From Lachnospiraceae bacterium (GTDB lineage: Bacteria; Bacillota; Clostridia; Lachnospirales; Lachnospiraceae), in contig JAFRLH010000055.1 in the NCBI GenBank assembly GCA_017431345.1, positions 58,229 to 122,228 on the forward strand: 64,000 nt of DNA, read 5' to 3'. Position 1 is the first letter of the stretch. Each line of letters opens with the position of its first letter. Positions 16,024 through 23,961 of the stretch are shown piece after piece. The notes under the pieces are model-generated. The model searched no databases, was not told where the DNA came from, and saw nothing but the letters and a program-made list of their open reading frames with translations. Made by a program: the position numbers and the translations under genes.

Positions 16024-16103
16024 GCATTTCTTCAATTGTTTTTCAAGCGAAATATTCCGTTTCTTCAATTATTTATCGTCAAACAACTTCCGTTTCTTCA
16101 ATA
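16024..16103. repeat. Three direct 14-bp repeats phased at 33 bp upstream of NTPase-1
   Basis: The copies are gcaTTTCTTCAATT (16024), ccgTTTCTTCAATT (16057) and ccgTTTCTTCAATa (16090). Confidence 0.7.
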
Positions 16104-16177
16104 TTATCCGATTGCTTATGTACCATTGCCTAATACTATTCCGAGCCCGAAGATGGTCTCCTGTCAGAATATGCAAT

Positions 16178-16380
16178 CTGACCAATTTTTTGACCAATTT
16201 TGCCTAACACCAGACGCCGCCTGATGAGCTCAGACGGCGTCTTCCTTTACTGCATATTGTGTTTTTCTTTTCCGGACACCACTACATAAGCCATGACAGG
16301 GGCTGTTAAACCGACCGCAACCGTAATCAAGAGTGAGTGCTAACATTTTTTGTGAAATTTCCGTGAAAATTGATGTGCTG
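16178..16380. repeat. Non-coding module copy Y2 plus the start of X2
   Basis: It contains cTGACCAATTTTtTGACCAATTTTg. Hairpin H2 is AGACGCCGCCTGA-tgagc-TCAGACGGCGTCT at 16212-16242. A ~90-bp conserved stretch then ends in the right CIRCE half, tcAAGAGTGAGTGCTAAc. It is about 93% identical by eye to 21875-22040. Confidence 0.85.
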
Positions 16381-16450
16381 TCCTATCTATGGTAACCATT
16401 TTTATCAATACAGCGGCAGATCGGGTCCGCCAAACCAATGTTTCGGCTTT

Positions 16451-16618
16451 TGTGCAATTTTGATAGCATCCGGACATTTTTACTGTCTCTGTTTTTGCAA
16501 TAATCTCCTCTTTACGGAAAAATGCTGTCACGATCCGTGCAATAATGCTGCCTTTCAGGATTTTCTACTGTCCTCTTGACCTTGTTTTTCTCAACTCTCC
16601 GCGTAAAAAAGGACAGTA
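16451..16618. repeat. Iteron-like array: three 42/43-bp units (TGTGCAATAA...TACTGTC) plus an inverted TACTGTCC/GGACAGTA pair
   Basis: TGTGCAAT-like words are at 16451, 16494 and 16536. (T/A)(A/G)CTGTC words are at 16481, 16523 and 16566. GGACAGTA is at 16611. Confidence 0.7.
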
Positions 16619-16859
16619 TAATTCTATTTTCGCAGCCTGATTGCACAAAAACGATACATTTCACCTGTTATTGCCTCTCTCAGCCGCATTTTGGGGACAG
16701 CACAATTTCATATATGCCTGTTTTTTGCACCGCTTCCCGCCTGAAATTGAAATTACGCCGCCATCAACATGACGAGGCCGCGATCCGTTCAGTTGGATCA
16801 CCGCCGCTTTCTTCGTGATCATCAGTATTCTCGAAAGCCATCGCCAAAAACAGAGATTT

Positions 16860-18803
16860 TCAAGTATGAGAGCCATTCTTCCGCCCGCAGCATTTCTTAT
16901 ACTTTTTCCCGCTGCCGCAGGGACAGGGATCGTTGGGGTAGATTTTTCTTACACCGGCCTTCACTTCTCCGGCGAGGCCATTCGGCATGGCCATGATCGG
17001 AATCGAATCCGCCGTCATTTCATTATCGACCTCAAAACCCAGCTGCTTCAGCTCCCTGCTCCCATTTTCAAGCAGGTCTGCAGCATTGCTGCTCATCGGA
17101 ACGATCACCGGGCGCCTTCCGGGAGCGGATGCCGGCATTAAAGACAACATCTCGTTCGGCGTATGGCCTCTCAGTTCAAACATTCGCGTGTGGTTGTTCA
17201 GATCCATAATGATCTTCGCAAAGGATTCGATCTGTCCCTTTGCAGAGAACTCGATTCCTCGGGAATTCAGTTCTTCCATATAGTCAGAAAGCATTCCGCC
17301 GCCGGAGAACACCATAAATGCGTACCGGCAAAGTTCCTCACTCAATTCTGCTTCCAGCTTCAGGTCATTCTGAAGGAATCTGAACAGCTTCTTATACGAT
17401 GGATTCGAGGCCGGGTACCCGTTTGCCGGGAGTTCCCGGATTTCAGTTTCCCCGGGAAGATAGAACGCAACATCCCTTTGCCTGGCTTCGATCGCGAGAA
17501 AAATATCTCCTTCTGCCGCTTCATTGGCAACCAGTCTGTTCCCCATCACGCGGCATGGATTCAGTTTTTGCGGGATTCTCTGCAAGAGCTTCTGAAATCC
17601 CCCGTAATCAGTCTGACTGCCGTTTCTCTGTTTGTACATCCGGAACAGATGTTTTACCGGTCCTACAACAAATAAAGCCGAAAATGTCTGCAGGCACTGA
17701 ATCAGCCATCTCGCATCTGTATGATAAGCCCTGTATCCGTTTTTGCAGATCACTTCATAGACCGCAGCCACATCCCAGGGTACCTCCACCGTATCGTCGG
17801 AGTATTCCGCAAGATAGTTCAGCTCATAGATGCCTTCCAGATGATACCAGTCTTCGTCCGTCGGCCGGAAATGTTCTTTTTTGATTGCCGCCTCGAACGC
17901 ATCCAGATCCTCCTCCGGCAGTTCCAACAGCACACTTCGCATGACATCCGGCTCCAGCAGATGCCGGGCCAGTTCATAGGCAATTCTGGGTTTTTTCTGT
18001 GCCTTCAGATCACAGCCGGTCTCTTCCGCCGTTTCTATAAGAAGGTCCTTGGGATACGAATTCAACAGATCCAGCAGCGAACCTGTGCTCTGTTTCTCCT
18101 GTACACGTGTCGTGGCAGAGGTCTTCGGAACCGGAGACACCTTCTGTTGTTCCGTGGCAGCCTGCAAGAGAAGACGGCTTGCCTCAGTAAGCATTGCGCT
18201 CGTAGATTTCCCAAGCAGATTATTGCGGCTTTTGATTTCTTTACAAGTGCCGATTCCCTGCCCTTTCCGTACGCGGTTAAAGACTGCGGCAAAGGACGGA
18301 TATCCAGGTCCTTCCTCTTTCAGGAAACAGCTATCCTTCAAGATCTGATTGATTTCTGTTCCATCGCCCCAATATTCATCTTCTTTTACCGAAACTTCTT
18401 TCAGTATGACCGGATAAAAGAGCGAGCTTTTATCGCTTTCCTCAGTAAACCGGATATCATCTAATATTTTTTCGACTTCTACTCTATACTCCGGAGCACT
18501 ATCCTGTTCTTTCACGCGGAAAGTAAACCAGGTTTTATTCATAAGCCAGTCGTCGGCGCAGGAATCCTTTGCACTCCAACAGGAGTACTCATAACTGTAG
18601 GGAATTCTTCCCTTTCCCTGACTCTCGAAGATACGATCTTTTTCCTGAAAGAACTCAAACTCAAACCGGGCTGTCCGCGGCAGCTCCAGCATTACTTCCA
18701 GTATATATGCCAGTTGGGAAAAAGTAATATGCAGCGGAAGATACGCGCGTCGCCAACGGGGCGGTTTAATACCTTTTCTGATTGCTTTGATCTGAATGAA
18801 CAT
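16860..18803 (-). CDS. PRiA4_ORF3-like N-terminal domain protein with a C-terminal SEC-C metal-binding motif
   Basis: 647 aa. The N-terminus IQIKAIRKGIKPPRWRRAYLPLHITFSQLAYILEVML resembles the IKPPIWRR module of the plasmid pRiA4b ORF-3 family. The C-terminus is PNDPCPCGSGKKYKKCCG. Confidence 0.7.
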   Translation of the reverse strand: MFIQIKAIRKGIKPPRWRRAYLPLHITFSQLAYILEVMLELPRTARFEFEFFQEKDRIFESQGKGRIPYSYEYSCWSAKDSCADDWLMNKTWFTFRVKEQDSAPEYRVEVEKILDDIRFTEESDKSSLFYPVILKEVSVKEDEYWGDGTEINQILKDSCFLKEEGPGYPSFAAVFNRVRKGQGIGTCKEIKSRNNLLGKSTSAMLTEASRLLLQAATEQQKVSPVPKTSATTRVQEKQSTGSLLDLLNSYPKDLLIETAEETGCDLKAQKKPRIAYELARHLLEPDVMRSVLLELPEEDLDAFEAAIKKEHFRPTDEDWYHLEGIYELNYLAEYSDDTVEVPWDVAAVYEVICKNGYRAYHTDARWLIQCLQTFSALFVVGPVKHLFRMYKQRNGSQTDYGGFQKLLQRIPQKLNPCRVMGNRLVANEAAEGDIFLAIEARQRDVAFYLPGETEIRELPANGYPASNPSYKKLFRFLQNDLKLEAELSEELCRYAFMVFSGGGMLSDYMEELNSRGIEFSAKGQIESFAKIIMDLNNHTRMFELRGHTPNEMLSLMPASAPGRRPVIVPMSSNAADLLENGSRELKQLGFEVDNEMTADSIPIMAMPNGLAGEVKAGVRKIYPNDPCPCGSGKKYKKCCGRKNGSHT

Positions 18804-18953
18804 GTTTCCTCCTGTGTTCCGAAATATGCTTTTTATTTTAGTTTCAGCAATACAGATCTTTTAACGTCAGCAGTTTTACTTTTTCCGAGTCCGCGTTTTC
18901 TTCCACGCTCATTTCCTGATCTTCCAAACTGCTGTCACGTGTCAAATGACTGT

Positions 18954-20300
18954 TCACTGCTTCCTTGCTCTGAGCCAGTCCCTTAACAGAAAGGTACAAT
19001 AATACGGAAAGGTATATATACTGTTCTCAATTCCCACATTATTCATGGATAGCTTTATTCCCCACTGAATATCAGCATACTTATCATTCCTGATCAGGGA
19101 TCTCAAAGACTGAGATCTGCCGCTTCGGGCTTTTACCTCCACCGGAATCAATCTTTCCGTATCTCTGACAAAGAAATCCTCCTCCAGCGTGCCATCCTCA
19201 CGCTTATAATAGTACAGCGAGTATCCTTGTTTATATAAGGCCTCCCCCACGATGTTCTCATATAGCGCTCCTTTATATACGCCAAGATTTTTATTGGCTC
19301 TCAGATCTTCCTGGGACTCGTCATCCAGCATAGCCGTCAGAATTCCCGTATCTGCCATGTACAGTTTGAATTTCAGATCGTCATAGTTTCCTTTTAACGG
19401 CAGTTCCGGAAAATTCAGACAGTAGCATTTTTTTACGATACCGGCATCCTGAAGCCAGTCTATACATCCGCCGTAATCATGAAATCTGGCACCTGAGGCC
19501 ACTTTTGAAATCTGAAATTTCTTGTTGTCCTTTGCCAGCTGAGCCGGTATTGCATCAAAGACCCTCGCAATACGTGTCTGATCCACGCCATCCGCATATT
19601 TCCTGATGTCGTCTCGGTAAGCAGTTATAATCTGTTTTTGAAGTTCATGGGTGCCTGAGAATGATTTCGTGTCATAATACCTCGCAACGACCTCCGGCAT
19701 GCCGCCAAGGATTGTGTAATCAATAAACAGCTGCATCAATGAATCCTGTATGGCACTGCCGAACGGCTTTCCTTCCAGCATATGAGACAGCAGATCCTGC
19801 TTCAGAGAGTCATCGTATCCTCTCGCCCACAAAAACTCCTCAAAATCCAGAGAATACATCTCATAGTCTGTTTTATACCCAACGCTGACACTCTCAATCT
19901 GTTTGTAGTTAATTCCAAGCAGAGAGCCGCTGCAGATGACATCAAAGCGATGATCAATGGCAAAGAACTTCAAGGATGTTGCAATGTCCGGGCAGGCCTG
20001 CATCTCGTCAAAGAACAGCAGAGTTCTGCCTGCTTCAAAATAGAATCCCGGTTCGATCCTTGTAATGTTTTTTATAATATCATCCGTATTATATCCGTTT
20101 TCAAGAATCGTTCTGAACTTCGGACTCTCGATGAAATTAATCTCGATAATGTTCTCATAGTGTGCTCCGGCAAATCTTCGGATGGATTCTGTTTTTCCGA
20201 TCTGCCGTGCTCCTTTTATGATTAATGGCTTTCTATCCTTGTCCCGGTACCAGTTTTCAAGATAATCATCAATTTTTCTTTTTAAATAGCTCATGTGCAC
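18954..20300 (-). CDS. AAA-type P-loop NTPase with a DUF4143-like / PD-(D/E)xK-like C-terminal domain (paralog of 14649-15992)
   Basis: 448 aa. Walker A is IIKGARQIGKTE and Walker B is LLFFDEMQ. The C-terminus is EEDFFVRDTERLIPVEVKARSG. Confidence 0.8.
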   Translation of the reverse strand: MHMSYLKRKIDDYLENWYRDKDRKPLIIKGARQIGKTESIRRFAGAHYENIIEINFIESPKFRTILENGYNTDDIIKNITRIEPGFYFEAGRTLLFFDEMQACPDIATSLKFFAIDHRFDVICSGSLLGINYKQIESVSVGYKTDYEMYSLDFEEFLWARGYDDSLKQDLLSHMLEGKPFGSAIQDSLMQLFIDYTILGGMPEVVARYYDTKSFSGTHELQKQIITAYRDDIRKYADGVDQTRIARVFDAIPAQLAKDNKKFQISKVASGARFHDYGGCIDWLQDAGIVKKCYCLNFPELPLKGNYDDLKFKLYMADTGILTAMLDDESQEDLRANKNLGVYKGALYENIVGEALYKQGYSLYYYKREDGTLEEDFFVRDTERLIPVEVKARSGRSQSLRSLIRNDKYADIQWGIKLSMNNVGIENSIYTFPYYCTFLLRDWLRARKQ

Positions 20301-20530
20301 ACCTGTCTTTCTGTTTTATATAGTATAATATTGATCTGAGCCACATCTGTCAATATTTTCAGAGCCATTTGCGTCTGCTTTCTTTTATTTTTAGAGCCAT
20401 TTATTGTCTTTTGGATACAATTTTTAGATAAAGCCCTCACATATTTCCTTATAAGCGTCAAGACAAGAAGCAAATATTTGTTCGCCTGACTGTCAGGAAT
20501 TACATACAGCATTCAACTATGCCCATCTAT

Positions 20531-20660
20531 CTGACCATTTTTTTGACCAGTTTCCCGTAAACCCAGACGCCGCCTGATACCTTCAGACGGCGTCTCCTAT
20601 TACTGTATATTGTTATCCTACACTCCGGATACCTGTGCATAAGGCATTACAGGCTCCATC
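20531..20660. repeat. Diverged non-coding module copy Y'
   Basis: It contains cTGACCATTTTTtTGACCAGTTTCc and hairpin H3, AGACGCCGCCTGA-tacct-TCAGACGGCGTCT, at 20565-20595. Homology to Y2/Y3 decays after that point. Confidence 0.7.
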
Positions 20661-20723
20661 AATAGTGTTCTTCTTCATATGTCCGGCGCACTAATTCATC
20701 AAAATAAGGCAAGGTAAAAGTAA

Positions 20724-21734
20724 CTACTCCCCAGCTGTCACCCTTAACAAGTCCTTTTTGATCAGCCTTTTCCGATATGGACTGAATTCATCTTTGCTCA
20801 GATGAAGAATCTCTCTCACTTCCGCTGTTCTGTGGCTCTGCGCCTTCGCTATTCCATAAGCAACAAACCGGTCTTTCTGCGACAGCCGTTCCCAGATAAT
20901 ATCATAGGCATAATCATGTAATCTGACTTTCCACTCCTTCCGCACCGCTTCTGTATACCGGCATTGATTTTTCCAGGTAAAATAACCAATCAGCTGAAAT
21001 GCGTAAGGATATCCTTTTGTTTCCCGGACCATATCCAGTGCAGTATCCGGATCCATTCCCAGTGTCTCTTTATAGTCATTCTGAATCTGCTGAATCTGTA
21101 AAGGCTCCATAATCAGTTTTGGTGCCCTATACAGAAAAGTAAGATTCTTTACATTTTGCAATTCTTCTATATTTTCAGACAGACCAGTCATCAGCAAAAA
21201 TACCGGAAGATCATCCCGGATGTATAATTGAAACGCACTTGCAAATGCCACCATTTCCTTTGATTTTATAATCTCATCGATCGCAATTAATACCCGTTTA
21301 TTCTGACGTTTGAGACTTTCGAGCATTTTTTTCAACGCGATTTCCGGATTGCTGATTTTGGGTGCTCCGGATACTTCCAGGCCCACTCCGAAAAATGACA
21401 GGTTGATACTGGCATTCTGAAAGACCCTGGCCAATGTTTTTTCTGCCGCCAGTGCAGAAATGGTTTTATCCAGTATATCGCCGCCTGAACTGATGCTGAC
21501 GACAATCCAGTCTTCCTGTTGTTTAAAATATGCCGTTGCGTCAGTTAAGAAAACTGTTTTCCCTGATCTCCGCACACCGGTTATCATGTAGATCTGGATC
21601 ATCGGTTCTGGCACTGTAAAATCATCCGTAACCTGTCGCAACAGTTTCTCCCGCCGAATATTACGGATCGGCTCCTTCCCAAACATAATAGAATATGGAT
21701 TCAGTTTCATTGCCTGCGATCTTCCTTTTTCCAT
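20724..21734 (-). CDS. P-loop NTPase (Arch_ATPase/ORC-Cdc6-like) with a wHTH-like C-terminus
   Basis: 336 aa. Walker A is ITGVRRSGKTV and Walker B is LIAIDEII. The likely start is MKLNPYSIMFG at 21710. Confidence 0.7.
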   Translation of the reverse strand: MEKGRSQAMKLNPYSIMFGKEPIRNIRREKLLRQVTDDFTVPEPMIQIYMITGVRRSGKTVFLTDATAYFKQQEDWIVVSISSGGDILDKTISALAAEKTLARVFQNASINLSFFGVGLEVSGAPKISNPEIALKKMLESLKRQNKRVLIAIDEIIKSKEMVAFASAFQLYIRDDLPVFLLMTGLSENIEELQNVKNLTFLYRAPKLIMEPLQIQQIQNDYKETLGMDPDTALDMVRETKGYPYAFQLIGYFTWKNQCRYTEAVRKEWKVRLHDYAYDIIWERLSQKDRFVAYGIAKAQSHRTAEVREILHLSKDEFSPYRKRLIKKDLLRVTAGE

Positions 21735-21874
21735 ACTGATAAAGTCCTTTCCCAGTCCAACGAATAATGACTGCTGTTTTACTCTTTCTAATTATTTTAC
21801 TCTTTTTACTCTTTTATTTTTTATTCCATTGTTTTAGCCAGATCAAGATATTTATGTCCGGAAAAGCCATAACT

Positions 21875-22080
21875 TTGACCAATTTTCTGACCAATTTTGC
21901 TTAACACCAGACGCCGCCTGATAACCTCAGACGGCGTCTTCCTTTACTGCATATTGTGTTTTTTTCTTCCGGATACCACTACATAAGCCATGACAGGGGC
22001 TGTTAAACCGACCGCAACCGTAATCAAGAGTGGGTGCTGACTTTTTTTGGTAACTTTTCGTGAGAAGTTGATGAAGTGAC
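21875..22080. repeat. Non-coding module copy Y3 plus the start of X3
   Basis: It contains tTGACCAATTTTcTGACCAATTTTg and hairpin H4 at 21909-21939. A conserved stretch follows, ending tcAAGAGTGgGTGCTgAc at 22024-22041. Confidence 0.85.
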
Positions 22081-22158
22081 TTATTTCTGCGTGTTTCGCT
22101 CTTCTTTCCATATACATTTCCGGGCAGCCAGCCGCCAATCTGCTTTTCCGGCTTCGTT

Positions 22159-22327
22159 TGTGCAATAAATGATGTTCTATAAAATTATACTGTCCCGGAT
22201 TGTGCAATAACCGCTTTCCATTGAAAAAATACTGTACTGATCTGTGCAATAATCTTCTTATAAAATGTTTATACTGTCCTAATTTCACTGACAGATGACA
22301 CAAGCCAGTGCAAATCAGGACAGTATA
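22159..22327. repeat. Iteron-like array: three exact-phase 42-bp units, followed by a 21-bp-arm inverted repeat
   Basis: TGTGCAATAA is at 22159, 22201 and 22243. ATACTGT(C/A)C is at 22187, 22229 and 22271. The inverted repeat is tatactgtcctaatttcactg (22270-22290) against cagtgcaaatcaggacagtata (22306-22327). Confidence 0.8.
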
Positions 22328-22667
22328 TTTTGTTTTTTGACTTCGAATTGCACACCGAACAGGAATACTATGCTTTTCTGCCGCCGTCATACGCTGTTTA
22401 ATGACAGTACACTTATTCAAAAACCTATAATTTTGCACTCTATTGGCATGACATGATAAAAAAACACCGCCTGATACGGAATGATGCAGCAGGGGACGTT
22501 ATTTCAGTCTTTTATTGTCATAATTTGCATAAAACCGGCAAATATTTGTTGAATTCTATTGTGATATTGATATTATATTAAATAAAGAATTATGAATCTG
22601 ACGGAGAAGGGATCTTCTCCCTGCTCCGTCTTCCGGCACCATCACGAAAGGGGGCGGCTGACAGGTA

Positions 22668-23639
22668 ATGTACTATTTTCGAAAAAAAATTTGCGGTTCA
22701 TTAAGAAGAGAAATGATCCGTGCTGTCCTTGAACGCATGCAGGGCATGGAAATCGAATTCAATACAGAACGAATAAACAATCTGCAGGAACAGGGATCAG
22801 ACGGGAAATACGAAGTTGACAAAATGCTGAACATTCCGTACATGAACCGCGGTGAGGTCCCTCTGGCGATGGATATTTTCAGGCCGGTCGTCCCCGAAGG
22901 GCAGGAACTGCCTGTAATCATCACGATCCATGGCGGCGGACTTGTGGCCGGGGACCGTTCGATCTCAAGATACCTCGCGAACGATCTCGCCGGACGGGGA
23001 TATCTCGTCTTCTCCCTGGAATACAGACTGGCTCCGCGGGCGAACGCGGCGGAACAGCTTGATGACATCTGCGCCGGCATGGATCTGGTCGGCAGAAAAC
23101 TCGTGGATTTCGAAGTGGATTTCACGCGCATCTTCCTGACGGCGGAAAGCGCCGGCGCTTATCTGGCGATCTATGTTGCCGCCATGAAAAAATCTGAAAA
23201 GCTTCAGAAAGCGATCGGGTATGAGCCTACCAGAATGACCTTCAAAGCGCTCGGGCTGATCTCCGGCATGTTCTATACGAAACGCCGGGATCCCATCGGA
23301 CTGCTTCTCTCCGAGCAGTTCTACGGCGATAAGCGCCTGGACAGGGATTTTCTTCAGTACATGGATCCCGAACACCCGGAGATCATTGACAATCTGCCTC
23401 CTGTTTTCCTGATCACGAGCCGGGGGGATTTTCTGAACAATTATACCCTGATGTATCACAAGGCGCTGAAAAAGGCAGGAAAAAAGACACATCTTGTCTA
23501 TTATGGAGAAAAGGAACTTTCTCATGCTTTTGCTTCCCTCTCCCCCGATCTTGAACAGGGAAAGGATGCGATCGACCGGATGCTCCGCTGGTTCGAGGAA
23601 CAGGCAGATGCGGCCGGCAAAGATCCCGCGAAGCAGTAA
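22668..23639 (+). CDS. Alpha/beta-hydrolase fold-3 carboxylesterase/lipase
   Basis: It has the oxyanion-hole motif IITIHGGGLVAGD and the nucleophile-elbow-like motif TAESAGAY. The exact start is uncertain; internal Met codons are possible. Confidence 0.8.
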   Translation: MYYFRKKICGSLRREMIRAVLERMQGMEIEFNTERINNLQEQGSDGKYEVDKMLNIPYMNRGEVPLAMDIFRPVVPEGQELPVIITIHGGGLVAGDRSISRYLANDLAGRGYLVFSLEYRLAPRANAAEQLDDICAGMDLVGRKLVDFEVDFTRIFLTAESAGAYLAIYVAAMKKSEKLQKAIGYEPTRMTFKALGLISGMFYTKRRDPIGLLLSEQFYGDKRLDRDFLQYMDPEHPEIIDNLPPVFLITSRGDFLNNYTLMYHKALKKAGKKTHLVYYGEKELSHAFASLSPDLEQGKDAIDRMLRWFEEQADAAGKDPAKQ

Positions 23640-23692
23640 TTTCTGAAATGAATTTTAATTATTAATAAATGATCTGTAAGGAGGAATCTGAT

Positions 23693-23914
23693 ATGGCACT
23701 TCGAAAAAAAGCCCCAAAAATCATGAAACCCGTCCTTCCGGCCCGTCCCCCCATCGCCCGCCGTCCGAAGCCCATTAAGCCCGGGCGCCGTCCTGCAGGC
23801 CCCGCTCCTGCCCTGCTTCTTCTTGCTGCAGTGCCGGCAATCAAGAACAAGCGGAAAAAGACTGCAGCCGAACCCGGCAAGGCACCTGCCGAACAGCCCC
23901 CGGCTGATTCCTGA
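23693..23914 (+). CDS. 73-aa Pro/Lys/Arg-rich small protein with one hydrophobic segment
   Basis: A strong RBS, TAAGGAGGAATCTGAT, precedes the ATG. The sequence is MALRKKAPKIMKPVLPARPPIARRPKPIKPGRRPAGPAPALLLLAAVPAIKNKRKK... I recognise no homology, and low complexity makes the coding call uncertain. Confidence 0.45.
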   Translation: MALRKKAPKIMKPVLPARPPIARRPKPIKPGRRPAGPAPALLLLAAVPAIKNKRKKTAAEPGKAPAEQPPADS

Positions 23915-23961
23915 CCTGCAGGCCGCTTCTTCAGAACAAGAAAGGAACTGTACTCCGGGAA

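Noticed and set aside
16201-16242. Integron attC site: GCCTAAC resembles the RYYYAAC inverse core next to an imperfect hairpin with an unpaired base.
   Set aside because: There is no complementary GTTRRRY core on the other side of the hairpin. There is no intI or attI in the window. All cassette genes have their own long upstream regions, unlike promoterless integron cassettes. The resemblance is kept only as a note in the hairpin finding.
16293-16343. 16-codon mini-ORF MTGAVKPTATVIKSEC, conserved in the second module copy (21990-22040, MTGAVKPTATVIKSGC, with a different stop codon).
   Set aside because: There is no Shine-Dalgarno sequence in either copy, and the ORF is absent from the diverged copy at 20.6 kb. 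Conservation is explained by the ~93% DNA identity of the blocks.
16451-16575. Possible CRISPR array (also at 22159-22280).
   Set aside because: There are only three units. The 42-bp period would leave about 17-bp spacers, and these are themselves partly conserved between units. There are no cas genes and no leader.
21944-22438. 164-aa minus-strand ORF (and the Cys-rich 69-aa ORF at 16370..16579).
   Set aside because: Both are translations of the 42-bp iteron-like arrays and the conserved Y block, as shown by the periodic LLH..QY and FC/PCNN patterns. They are not conserved as proteins between the two module copies.
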